A program made the position numbers and the translations under genes. A model generated the notes under the pieces. The model did no database searches. It was not told the DNA's origin and worked only from the letters and a program-made list of their open reading frames with translations. This document shows, piece by piece, positions 1 to 40,826 of a DNA stretch of 64,000 bases. Each line of letters opens with the position of its first letter. The stretch's first letter is position 1. The stretch is from Hormiphora californensis (taxonomy: Eukaryota; Animalia; Ctenophora). Location of the stretch: assembly GCA_020137815.1 (NCBI GenBank), contig CM035357.1:5332001-5396000 (forward strand). Reading direction: 5' to 3'.

Positions 1-1031
1 GACCAATCACTGCTTTATTCGCATTCGAAAATAGAGGCCAAAGGGTGTGATTACGGGTAAGTGGAAAGATCCATTATATAATGTTTCAGAAGGGATATCA
101 TGGGTTCTGGAGATCTCTCTACTACTTTGCTTTACAGACACCGAATACCGATTCGTTTTTGCACAAGCCTAACGATTGATCGTTTGTGGTTATGCTTGTA
201 TTCAGTGTCTGTAAAGCACAGTAGAGGGGTCTTCAAAAAGGGACGCATTACCCGATAATGAAAATCAAACATTAGCAGTTAACTTGATTCGAGCACAGTA
301 AATCCAATATGAAAAAATTGTAAGTTAATTTATGTAAAATGGGAAAATCCCAGTCTCTCCGTACAATTATCACTACTGTAACTAACCGTAACGAATGGAG
401 ACAGCTCACGTTGCTAAGAGCGAGGACACCGGAAGCCGGGCACTCAAGTTTTTTTCTTCTGTTGAGCGTCGTTTACTTTTACTTGTTTACCAGGCCCCGA
501 ATGTACCCAACGATTTGTGTAGCTCACACTCTGCGAGGGCTCGGTAGATCGAACAACCCACGATAGTTGACATGATATCAGGCAATTATCCCGGAGTTAC
601 TGTCCAGGTATATATCGACCACTATTATAATAACACAGTCAGAAAACACAAAGATATAATTAGTAGGTTGGAATATTAATTAGAAGGATAAACACAATTA
701 CATTAACAAACATGTAACACGCTTCAGATATTCACCAATGAACTGGATAGTTTGAAAACAAAGACAGCATTTTGAAAACATTATGGCTGTTATAGGGCCC
801 TGTTATAACAATGATATCTTGTTCAATCGTAGATCCTTTATTCAATCTGCCAACGCATGTCTTAGGCAAATTAAAATGTATAGTATTCAAATCGTTTCCT
901 AATATAACTTTTCAAATAACGGATTTGGTAACATACACCGCTTAAATTATGTACCTATTTTCTAGTCAACTACTGCAATACAACAGAACGTGCACAGTAC
1001 AAATATCCAGTGTCCACATATTAATTATCTA

Positions 1032-1464
1032 CTAATTTACTATATGTAGTACTCCCACGCAGTTGCTTGCCCCACATCTACAGCTCACACTTGAGTGGGT
1101 CCCTGTGACACCACCCTGTCAATCTGATAGTTAAATGTGAGCTCCGTCCCCGCCTGATATTGGGAGAAAACCCGGTGAGAGAGGGTGGGGGTGTTGGGCA
1201 AGAGGTATTGGTCATAACTCATAGAACTTAGGGAAATTAAATTTGGAAACTGGATTTTAGAGTAGTGGTCGGGTACGGGGTCGAGATTTCTTTGGGGAGT
1301 GGGAGGGAAGGCAGAAATTAGAAATTGTGCTAAAAGGTGGATCCGGATAAAAATGAGATATTATCACGTACCGGTATGTGTTTGATGGCAAAGAGACATA
1401 TCTGTGGAAGGCGGATATCAAGATTGGAAATCCAACAGGAGTAGACTGCCAGATTGGGATCACA
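1032..1464 (-). CDS. SUV39H: SUV39H-type H3K9 methyltransferase, last two exons (SET C-terminus + post-SET); apparent 1-nt frame break near 1114
   Basis: Exon 1372-1464 (ttcag/gtacgt) encodes CDPNLAVYSCWISNLDIRLPQICLFAIKHIP, resembling SUV39H CDPNL..DNLD.RLPRI.FFA. Exon 1032-1153 encodes AGTELTFNY and, one frame over, post-SET CRCGASNCVGVL followed by a stop. Upstream exons are lost at the N gap. Confidence 0.8.
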
Positions 1465-1515
1465 CTGAAATGGAGATGAGTTAGGGGATAAGTAGTTCGA
1501 CCCTCGCCCCAAATA

Positions 1516-1615
1516 NNNNNNNNNNNNNNNNNNNNNNNNNNNNNNNNNNNNNNNNNNNNNNNNNNNNNNNNNNNNNNNNNNNNNNNNNNNNNNNNNNNNN
1601 NNNNNNNNNNNNNNN
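1516..1615. other. assembly gap (100 N)
   Basis: Run of exactly 100 N. Confidence 1.
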
Positions 1616-2591
1616 TTTGGGAAAGAAGGGCCATAGCAGGGAGACCCGCTATACATGTAAACACAGGTTTATTGGCTATAAATTACCAACAAACCAGGGT
1701 TTGTATGAAACGGGTCACTAGCTATAGGGTGATACGTTACACTATAATACACTGCCTGATCTACGAAGCAGGTCTGGTGGTATATGGTATAAAACCCGAC
1801 CATATTAGGGAGGGTTTTATTGATTATAGGCCAACATAAATTTGTAACTTATATCTGAGTTATTTAGACTATCAATAGACGGTGGTGGGTATTACATGTT
1901 TACACATCCTCTTCTCTTGCAAAAAAACACAGTTAAAACTTATTATTATATTTGCTCCAAAGTACTTTTTTTTAAATATAAGACGTCAACAAAATAAAAA
2001 ACCCTAATTTTGGGGTTTCCTATTAGACGAGAAATTTTAATTAATTTTTAGAGTTGTTTAAAACCCCTAATTTTTGGGTGTCTTATTTGACGAGAAAATT
2101 AAATTTTAGAGTTGCTTATTCTTGAATTAATCATTGAATTATTGAATTATCATTTTATCATTTTTATTTATTATTATTTTCTATTTTTTCTTATTCTTTT
2201 TATGTTTTAGAAAAAAGTGTTCGTTAAAAATTTTCGGCTCGATGTGATAGCTGACAGACTCGGATCGTAACATGTCAATGAGTTATTTTAGAAAAAAAAA
2301 TTTTCTTTCTAAAAATATGGGAAGGGCTGGGTGCATGGTCAATACGGTATAATATGCAATAAGATTAATTACCCATACTCTGAATTACCTACGGCCTCTC
2401 TATTACACCTCCAGCAGGGAAATGCAAGGGAGCTGCCGTTATATAGCCGCATATATCATTATCCCGAGAATAAAAACAAAAGAATCCTCATCCAGTCTCG
2501 TGCTATACATTCGGCTTGCTAGGTTGCAATCACATGATTTGTGTTGATGGGAAAACTGTATTATAGAATTGTCAAGTGTAATTTTACTTAC

Positions 2592-4844
2592 CAAGTTTAT
2601 CACACTGTGGTGCATCACTTGACCATGATCCACCCTCCTGACATGTCAGTACTGCATTTCCCTGATCAAGGATGTGAGTGGCAGCACATTCGATAGTGGC
2701 AATTGTCCCTGTTGGTGAGGCAGCCCAGGTTCCCTGTGTTGATCCGTCAACAGTAAAGGTAGAACACCTTGGTTCTGAAAATAAATAGTGCAGTGAGTTC
2801 ATTGCATCATAGCTGAGATTTAATTACATTTCAGTTTTCAACAATTGGTACCATTGCCACCAATGTCGCTGTGCGACTGAGATCTCGCATGCAGTTTTAT
2901 GTTACAAATCGTGCAGTACCAAATAAATATTCAATTTATACCCTTACCTGCTCTGTAATAATCAGATGCTGTGTCAGCTGCTCGAAACACGATCTCATCC
3001 ACATCAATACCCCATCTCGTAACACACTGGGTATCTGAACTTTCTTCGAACAGGTAGTTCAGCACCTCAACATTATTACATGTGATGATCAAGGCGGTCT
3101 CTGTTTTGGTGAACGTCCAGATCTTATTCACCTCCACCGGTGGTTGTACTGGTAGATCTGTGTAGACCGAGGCGCAGTAGGTTATAGAATACTGCATTGT
3201 GGAGGAGAACTTCACGCCCGCATAAACGACGTCATTACCGTCATACACAGCAAAGAATATATATACATAACTGCCCAGCGTAGAGTCCGTCTTTATCTGG
3301 AGAGGTGTTCCCTCCAGGTCCCAGGGTATCTTCACTTCCCGCTCTACAGCTGTCCAGTCTGAAATGCAATAAGTATGTACTATTAAGGGTACACCTGGCG
3401 TTTTTCATCATCGAGTGCCCAACCAAATGACTTCACCAGGGTTTAGGCCATACAAAATGGACCTCAAATATGCAATTTTAGCCCTAAAGTCGAATTCATA
3501 TTTTTGCTACAGCCTATTTTCAAAGTGGCGTTTTTTCAATTTTTGTTGAAATTTTTAACCTCAGGACCACTTTTTTTGAGATAGAAACATTAAATTCTTG
3601 GAATTTGAAGAGAATATAAAGGTGAATAAGCCCAAAGAAGGATTTTTGAAATGGAGCTTATTTCTGGCCATGAGAACGGTTTACTTTTTTGCTTCTTTGA
3701 CACGCTGGCTGAGAATGTTCCCATGCTTCATTAGAGATGAAAATCTGGAAATAGTTGCTCAAAACGATTATCTATGTGGCCCAAAAATTTTGGAACTTTC
3801 CCGCCAAAGATGTGGTGTACAGAGCTTGTTTTGTGAAACCCGTCTTTTTGAAAAAGAGGGAAATTCCCTGTATCTCAAAAACGGATGATCGTAGAGACCT
3901 GGGACCAAGCTTAATCGATTCAGAAGGTCCGATTTTGGGGGGGGGTCTTCTGAGAGACATTTTGCTCCTACTCCAACCGTTTTTGCTGTAATTGCGAAAA
4001 AGGTATCAGCAAGTAAGGGGGAAATCAGCCCGAAGCAGGCTACTGGAATAGAGTTGTTTCCCCTTTTCATAGAATTGGTTTTTTGCAATTACAGCAAAAT
4101 CGGTTGGAGTAGGAGCAAAATGTCTCTCAGAAGACCCCCCCAAAATCGGACCTTCTGAATCGATTAAGCTTGGTCCCAGGTCTCTACGATCATCCGTTTT
4201 TGAGATACAGGGAATTTCCCTCTTTTTCAAAAAGACGGGTTTCACAAAACAAGCTCTGTACACCACATCTTTGGCGGGAAAGTTCCAAAATTTTTGGGCC
4301 ACATAGATAATCGTTTTGAGCAACTATTTCTAGATTTTCATCTCTAATGAAGCATGGGAACATTCTCAGCCAGCGTGTCAAAGAAGCAAAAAAGTAAACC
4401 GTTCTCATGGCCAGAAATAAGCTCCATTTCAAAAATCCTTCTTTGGGCTTATTCACCTTTATATTCTCTTCAAATTCCAAGAATTTAATGTTTCTATCTC
4501 AAAAAAAAGTGGTCCTGAGGTTAAAAATTTCAACAAAAATTGAAAAAACGCCACTTTGAAAATAGGCTGTAGCAAAAATATGAATTCGACTTTAGGGCTA
4601 AAATTGCATATTTGAGGTCCATTTTGTATGGCCTAAACCCTGGTGAAGTCATTTGGTTGGGCACTCGATGATGAAAAACGCCAGGTGTACCCTTAAGGTA
4701 TGTATAAGGTATAAATATACCGGACCAACTATCAAAAGTGGACTTTTTGACCCCCAGCCCTAATACTATTTGTTGTTAATTTGACCAACCTGTGAGATCA
4801 ACTGTTCCACACAATGCAGCTGCGAAGAGAAGGAGACGTATCAT
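2592..4844 (-). CDS. secreted protein: signal peptide + uncharacterised ~135-aa domain + sushi/CCP domain (3' end unresolved)
   Basis: Exons 4790-4844 (MIRLLLFAAALCGTVDLT), 2948-3358 (WTAVEREVKIPWDLEGTPLQIKT...DTASDYYRA) and 2592-2774 (C..C..LTCQEGGSWSSDAPQC). All joins are phase 1 with canonical splice sites. Confidence 0.8.
3387..4692. mobile_element. palindromic MITE, Kolobok-like (TTAA TSD, GG..CC termini)
   Basis: ~610-bp near-perfect inverted arms with a ~80-bp spacer; TTAA at 3383-3386 and 4693-4696; intronic. Confidence 0.85.
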
Positions 4845-4948
4845 GTTAACACTCATAAAATCTTAAAAGATGAGGGTGTAATTGTAAATCATGTTTTGTA
4901 ATAATATCTTGCTAATATTTAAAATGATAAAACTAATAATATTAGTAA

Positions 4949-5103
4949 TAAAGTCGGATTTTTTGAAACTGTCACCCCCCTTTTCGTGCGCGGAATGTTT
5001 TTGCGCGTCACATCACATGTTAACGTGTGGTGTGCGCGTCGAAATTGATAAATTTCACCTGCGCGGTCATTTGGGGGTGACAGTTTCAAAAAATCCGACT
5101 TTA
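4949..5103. mobile_element. 155-bp MITE, TA-flanked
   Basis: Perfect 31-bp inverted repeats 4949-4979 / 5073-5103, including the outer TA. Confidence 0.7.
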
Positions 5104-5457
5104 CATAATTTTAACCGACAATATTTTACAATCTTATAGTCTCTATCTTGACAATATGAGGTGCCGGAAAAGTTTTGGACACCTTGTTGTTTGGGTTGAG
5201 ACGTTGACATGGAGAATAAACTTTAAATCTACACGGTATGCTTTGCGTGATCTGATCGATTAAAGGGAGGGAGAGAGAAGTCTCCCTGCCTTGATGCCCT
5301 GCCGTCAAACAATACGATAAAAGTAAGAGACATGTAGTAGACTATATAGAGTAAGAGGAGGCCGCTTTAACTCTTCAACTTGGGTTAACATGTTGAGAGG
5401 GAGTGGTACGTGTTTCTATCTATCTGCCTGTCTGTCTGACTAACTCTCTGTCTATCA

Positions 5458-5535
<78 letters not shown>

Positions 5536-7137
5536 ATGACTCCCTGTCTGTCCATATCATTTTAAGGAGCAGAAAACTATTTATTGCGCTCCCTAATTAC
5601 ATGATCTGGACAAAACTAAAGGACAAATGAGTAGTGGAGAAGACAAATCTATACCTACGGGAGGAAAGGAAGAGATGGATGAGGAACAAGGAGGGGGGGG
5701 GTTCCTACATATTTTACATGTGTAGCATGCCAAAATCGCGAGAGAAATTTTCCCGAATCGCAATTTCTTGCCAATACAAGAAAACTTTCTAGAATCGTAA
5801 TTTCGAACCAAGAAGTTTTTCTCGAATCGTAATTTCTAAGCGAGAAAATTTTCCCGAATCGCAATTTCTTAGCGAAAAATTTTCTCGAGTCGTAATTGCG
5901 AACCAAGAAGTTTTTCTCGAATCGCAATTTCTTAGCGAAAATTTTTCTCGAATCGTAATTTCGAACCAAGAATTTTTATCGAATCGACATTAAATTTTCT
6001 AAGCGGGAAATTTTTCCGAATTTTCTCGGATTGCAATTTCTTATTGAGAAAATTATCTCGAATGACGAATGGCAATTTCTTACCGAGAAAGTTTCTCGAA
6101 TCGTAACTTCCAACCGAGAAAATTTTCACGAATCGTTATCTGAATCAATCATGTTTGCTTTTCCGAATTTCAAGAACGTGTAATTTCTCATATTTTGTAT
6201 GTACATAAAATTTAACACTTTTAATGAATAAAATGGGTGACAATGGAACTAAAAATGTTCCTAGGTGGTACATGGGCACAAAAGGAACTCGTCGATGTAT
6301 TATTTACACGTTTATCAGGCACCCATATATCGGTACAACATATTTTGTATTTTTTGTATTTTTTTTGTATTGTTTGTACGGAAAAAAAAAAGAATTTTGG
6401 ATACTTTTTTGTATGGCCCGTACAAAAAAATACAAAAAAATAGGTTGGAACCCCCCCAACAAGGATCAGTGTCAATGATCCTTGTTCTTTGCAATTGATT
6501 CCGGGAATACTAAACTGACATATTGAGCGGGTATATAATGGTCATTAGCCATGCAGTATATCTAAAAACGCCCGAAGAAAAAATGTGTTCCCTGCCATAG
6601 CCCATAATAAAATATATTCTCATTTGGAGCCTAGCCACTACAGAAAAATTAAGAATTGTTTTAAAAAAAGGAGGGGAAAATATTGTAAAAAGGCCTTATT
6701 TGCTGTCAGGCCACAGTTCTAACAGCTTATTTGAATTTCTAAAAAATGTTTCGTTCGAGGGTAAAAATATATACATAATTTTAACCGACAATATTTTACA
6801 CTCTTATAGTCTCTATCTTGACAGTATGAGGTGCCGGAAATATAAGTTTTGGACACCTTGTTGTTTGGGTTGAGACGACGAGACGTTGACATGGAGAATA
6901 AACTTCTACACGGTAAGGGGAGGGAGAGAGAAGTCTCCCTGCCTTGATGCCCTGCCGTCAAACAATACGATAAAAGTGAGAGACATGTAGTAGACTATAT
7001 AGAGTAAGAGGAGGCCGCTTTAATTCTTCAACTTGGGTTAACATGTTGAGAGGGAGTGGTACGTGTAAAACTTTTATCTTTTCTATCTATCTGCCTGTCT
7101 GTCTGTCTGACTGACTCTCTGTCTATCAGTCTGTCTA

Positions 7138-7174
<37 letters not shown>

Positions 7175-7425
7175 ATGACTCCCTGTCTGTCCATATCATT
7201 TTAAGGAGCAGAAAACTATTTATTGCGCTCCCTAATTACATGATCTGGACAAAACTAAAGGACAAAAGAGTAGTGGAGAAGACAAATCTATACCTACGGG
7301 AGGAAAGGAAGAGATGGATGAGGAACAAGGATCAGTGTCAATGATCCTTGTTCTTTGCAATTGATTCCGGGAATACTAAACTGACATATTGAGCGGGTAT
7401 ATAATGGTCATTAGCCATGCAGTAT
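5102..7425. repeat. local direct duplication (~650-bp unit; copy A 5102-6559 carries an insertion, copy B 6772-7425 does not)
   Basis: Near-identical sequence, including a (TCTG)n tract, in both copies. Confidence 0.9.
5693..6457. mobile_element. non-autonomous DNA transposon with G-run termini and 8-bp TSD (Merlin/MULE-like)
   Basis: TSD AACAAGGA at 5685-5692 and 6458-6465; termini G7-9TTCC; internal ~29-bp minisatellite; single-copy empty site at 7324-7331. Confidence 0.85.
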
Positions 7426-7863
7426 GTACTAGTATTTGATCGTTTTTTATTTTTGATCGTTTTTTTACTTTTTTGTTCAACATTAAACATTAAAAAAAAT
7501 CGAAAACGATCAAAAAAATTCAAAAAAATCAAAAACGATCGAAAAAATTAAAAAAACAATAAAAAAATTAAAAAAATTAAAGAAATTTCAAACAAAAATG
7601 CCAAAAAAAACCAACCATACCCTGGGTTTCGGAAAAAGTTTGATTTTTTTGGGGTTGCACCCCCCCCCCCCATAACTATAACAGCTGATTTCAAGTTGCA
7701 ACACAAAGAACTAAGCTCTCTGTGGTGGACGATGAAGCTTTATAAAAAGAGAGAGCAGGGATGACTTGTGGAAGACGCAACACGGTGCTCTGCGGTAACA
7801 GTGTAACAGGCGCAAGCTCTCGAATACGGTGTTTCGTTAGCCAGGGGAGGAGGCGGCCATTAC

Positions 7864-8161
<298 letters not shown>

Positions 8162-9833
8162 GAATCGCAATTTTGACGCTTGGTAAACTTGCGATTCGAT
8201 GGGCACCATGGGTATCACATATCTGTTCGTTTCGAATCGTCTAAGGGTCCAGTTAGAGATTTTGCGACCGAAGTTAGTTACAATGGTGCAGGCCCCTGCT
8301 GACACTGCTGACACTGCCGCGCGCGCTACTCTAGATGCAAATCACATCGAAAACCCTGCTAGTCAACGAAGATTTCGCGCGCACAGGGACTCTCCCAGCT
8401 TGCGCCAGTTGCAGATTGGAGGCTGGCGCCAGAAACTGGCGCCAGCCTCCAATCTGCAACTGGAGCGTAATTACCGGCAAGACATGCAATAAATGACCCC
8501 AAATGATAATTTAAACATATTTTGACATATTTGGAGGCCCTGAGACCAGCGGGTGGCCAAATTTAATCCGGTTTCGGGTCGGCTGACGTAAAAACTCCGC
8601 GTTTTGGTCGAGATACTTAATAAATAAGGCTTGTTCTGAAGGATTATCGATGATAAAACGATATCAGCAATTAAATGCTGCAGCAGGAGACCGTGGTTTG
8701 TTGCCTGCTGCATCTCCCTCCCCCGTGGTGCGCGCGCTGACTTTGTTGTATCGAAAGCAATCAGTGTCAGCATATAAATTGCGCTTGCCGCACAATATTG
8801 GTGGAGCAGCTGTGAATGTGTCACAGAAAAGAAAACAGCAGCTGGCGGGGCCGAACACCGCCGTGTGCTGTCTCAATTGGGTCTGCTGCGACAGGCCGTG
8901 TGGTTAGTGCATTATAGGTGTTCCTGGAGAGTTCAGAACGGTGGGGCCAATGACTAGGGGAAATATCATGTCTCTGGTTCTATTGGTACGCCCGTCGACA
9001 CAAAGTGTATGTTATTTTCAAAACATTCGGAGTATTAAAATACGCCAATTTTATGCCAAAAAAGTTTGGAAGTGTACACATTCTCAGTATATAATATTCA
9101 CAGGAGGTTTTACCCGTCTATCTCTCATTTTCTCTGTAGGACGTCCATATATATCATCAAGAATTTACCTTATATTAGGGAAACTTTCTTTCGTTTTCTC
9201 AAAAAGATGATAATATCATTCAGTTTCACTTCAGTCTGTATAACATTCGTATACGTAATACGGTATATAATAGTTTCCAGTGTACTAACAACCCTCTTTA
9301 ATCGAGTAATTTTGCATAAAAATCCTGGAAGATTGTCAAAAATTTGTTAAAAACAAAGCAACCCGCTGCACCGTATAATTTTACTCTCATCTCACTCTCA
9401 TTATTCTTGACATTGTAACCAAAAAATAGAACTTTCCAAGATGTGTTAGTATGTGTTAGTGATGCATAATGTACGTGTTGATACTTCATCGTGAAGGTAG
9501 GGGGCTGATGTAGGATTGTCAATAACATGGGTTCACAACTTTCTTTTCAGCTCCATATGATTTTCAGACCATCTCGAATACCTCTCGAATTGCTCTTAAT
9601 GTTTGTTCAGACAGTGTATCTAGACATGGCTAGACAGTGTCTAGACATGGCTAGACAGTGTACTAGACAGTGTCTAGCTCATCATCCCTCAATCCTCAGC
9701 GGTATCACTTCCATCCTCCTCTCCATAAAACTCTCCCATAAGATCATCACCCAGATCATGCATATTGAGGTTCTGGCTCTAGTAGTAGGGCCGGTACGGG
9801 TGCAGTAGGGGTGGAGGAGAGAGTGTATTGTTG

Positions 9834-38719
<28,886 letters not shown>

Positions 38720-39320
38720 GCATATTCCGTGGTCTGCGGAAAATGGCGCTTCTGCTCCTTCACCTACCGCAGCAACCTAACTTGTAAAAAGGGTAATATT
38801 TATGGATAATTTGATGACTGTTCAATCAGGTTATATGGGGGCTAGGGCCCTCTCTTAGAGGGAAAACAAAGAACACTACAAAACGGCGACAAAAAACAGA
38901 AGAAAAAACAAAAAAATGTCTTCAGCTTTTGAGCGTTTTTTTTTCGACTTATAACTGAACCGCGCGGCGCGGCGCGATTTCAAAATAAAATAAAAGTTCA
39001 TCTGGATCGCGTCTTTTTCAAGATGGCCGTTTTTTCACTTTTTTGCCTTTGAAAATTTGAGATAACTGATAAAAGGTCCCTCCTGCGACCTGCTGACTGC
39101 TCGTGATGGTGACTGCAATGTTTCTTTAGTTTTAGTGTTCAACATCATTAGATTTCAAATGCTTTTGTAAAATCAAAACACTCCACCGTCCGCGTAGAGC
39201 CGAGCCCCGAGGGGATATTACTGGTTCCTAGCGGCCAGCGGAGTGGAATGCCGCTCTCTCTCTCTTCAATACAAATTAGATCGAATAGATTAGATTGAAT
39301 AAATAAATCGCTTTAGCTAA

Positions 39321-39635
39321 GAAGAGAAGAAGTGAGCATATGGTGAACGTGTCTTGCAGGTCGAAAAAAGTTCCTTCACACCGGTTGTCTTCTCGACATC
39401 AGGAATTATGGGCGATGAAGCAGACAAGTTCTATAAGAAGCTTGCTTCTAAACTTTCCGATAAAACGAAACAATCCTATCCCGACTCTATCCGGTACATT
39501 AGGCAACGATTATCATTCTGTCTCTTGAGGACACTTGTGATCAGTCTAAGGGGTCACCGTGGCACTAGCCCAAAACGTTTCAGCGACAGGAATGATATTA
39601 ACATTTTATACATGATTAAAAACAATTCGAATTAA
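39321..39635 (+). pseudogene. 5'-truncated CRE/RLE-clade non-LTR retrotransposon fragment (C-terminal endonuclease region)
   Basis: EEKK*AYGERVLQVEKSSFTPVVFSTSGIMG..F..LA..LS....Y...IRQRLSFCLLR...SLRG, with an in-frame TGA. Confidence 0.75.
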
Positions 39636-39755
39636 TTTATTATATCCATTTTATGTACAGATAACCTTGATTTCTATATCCATTTTACTAATTGAACCGG
39701 TACCCCGGCTTTTGCCTTTAGCTAAGATAACAAACTTTCCATTCTCGAACTAGGT

Positions 39756-40766
39756 ATGCCGCTCCTTAAGGGAAAGTTCCGGCCAGCAACGAGCCTTGCT
39801 CGTTCACGGTCTAACTCACAGTCAGAGCCTGATGAAGCTCGACCACGATCTAGCTCCTTTTCGGAGTACGACTCCCTGAAACGCCCTGCCACTGGTAAGC
39901 GTCACACCTAGTGAATATTACTGCATATTAGTGTCAAATATTGTGAATTAAATTCACCGATTATTTGGGTCAACAAACTGAATTGTTTATACTCAAAAAT
40001 GAAGAGTACGGTCTTATATGAGACAAGATATTACCTGATCTGATTTCAGAGTTGAGGAGCAGTGCATTTCAAAGTTCTCCCTGTTCTGCGTTCAAGGTTC
40101 CCACCTCACCCATGATTGCTACAATTGGAGGTCTCATATCCCCCCGGAAACAACAGCCCCTCTACCACACATCACCCCGGAAAACCCCGACAACACCCTT
40201 CACCAGCCCCGGTGGATCTATCCCCTCTCCGGGCGCGATGAGCATGCATCATCGGAGACCGGTGTCGCCCCATTTTATCCAACCTCCACCGGATATAACA
40301 TCACCAACCAATCAGCTCAAACAGCCAGTGTAAGTGGGTAATAGGATTTGGGTGGGATAGAGGAAGTAGTGTACATATGTTGAGTGAGACTCCCACTGTG
40401 TAGGAAAATAATACTTTAACCTACGGATATAAACTCAAATACTATACTGTCACTGTCAATTATAAATAGAGGTGCATTCAACTAACTCCCTTCATTTCTC
40501 ATCCTCAGTCACCGGAGAAAAACACGGCTCAGATTGATCAACTACTTTCATCCGAGATGCAGATCATTAAATCCACCACCTCATTTCACAAGATGCAGAT
40601 CATTAAATCCACCACATCATTTCACTGATTCTCGTGTAAAAAGGTCATCACACAGTGCGAAATTGTTGCCACCTTTCTCGAAAGAGCATGTTACTTGTTA
40701 CACTCACGACAACATGTTACACTTGCTACAACATTTATTTATGGATAAACATTACTCACTTTCACG

Positions 40767-40826
<60 letters not shown>

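Noticed and set aside
1047-1153. NSD-family assignment from AGTELTFNY/CRCGASNC
   Set aside because: The preceding exon has the SUV39-type NLD.RLP insert, and the protein ends right after post-SET.
3598-4480. Identical 96-aa ORFs on opposite strands
   Set aside because: Mirror images produced by the palindromic MITE arms; no transposase motifs.
3383-4696. piggyBac or PIF/Harbinger assignment
   Set aside because: The termini are GG..CC rather than CC..GG, and the duplication is 4-bp TTAA rather than 3-bp TWA.
5740-6140. CRISPR-like or coding repeat (RNYDSRK ORFs)
   Set aside because: Degenerate minisatellite inside a TSD-flanked transposon.
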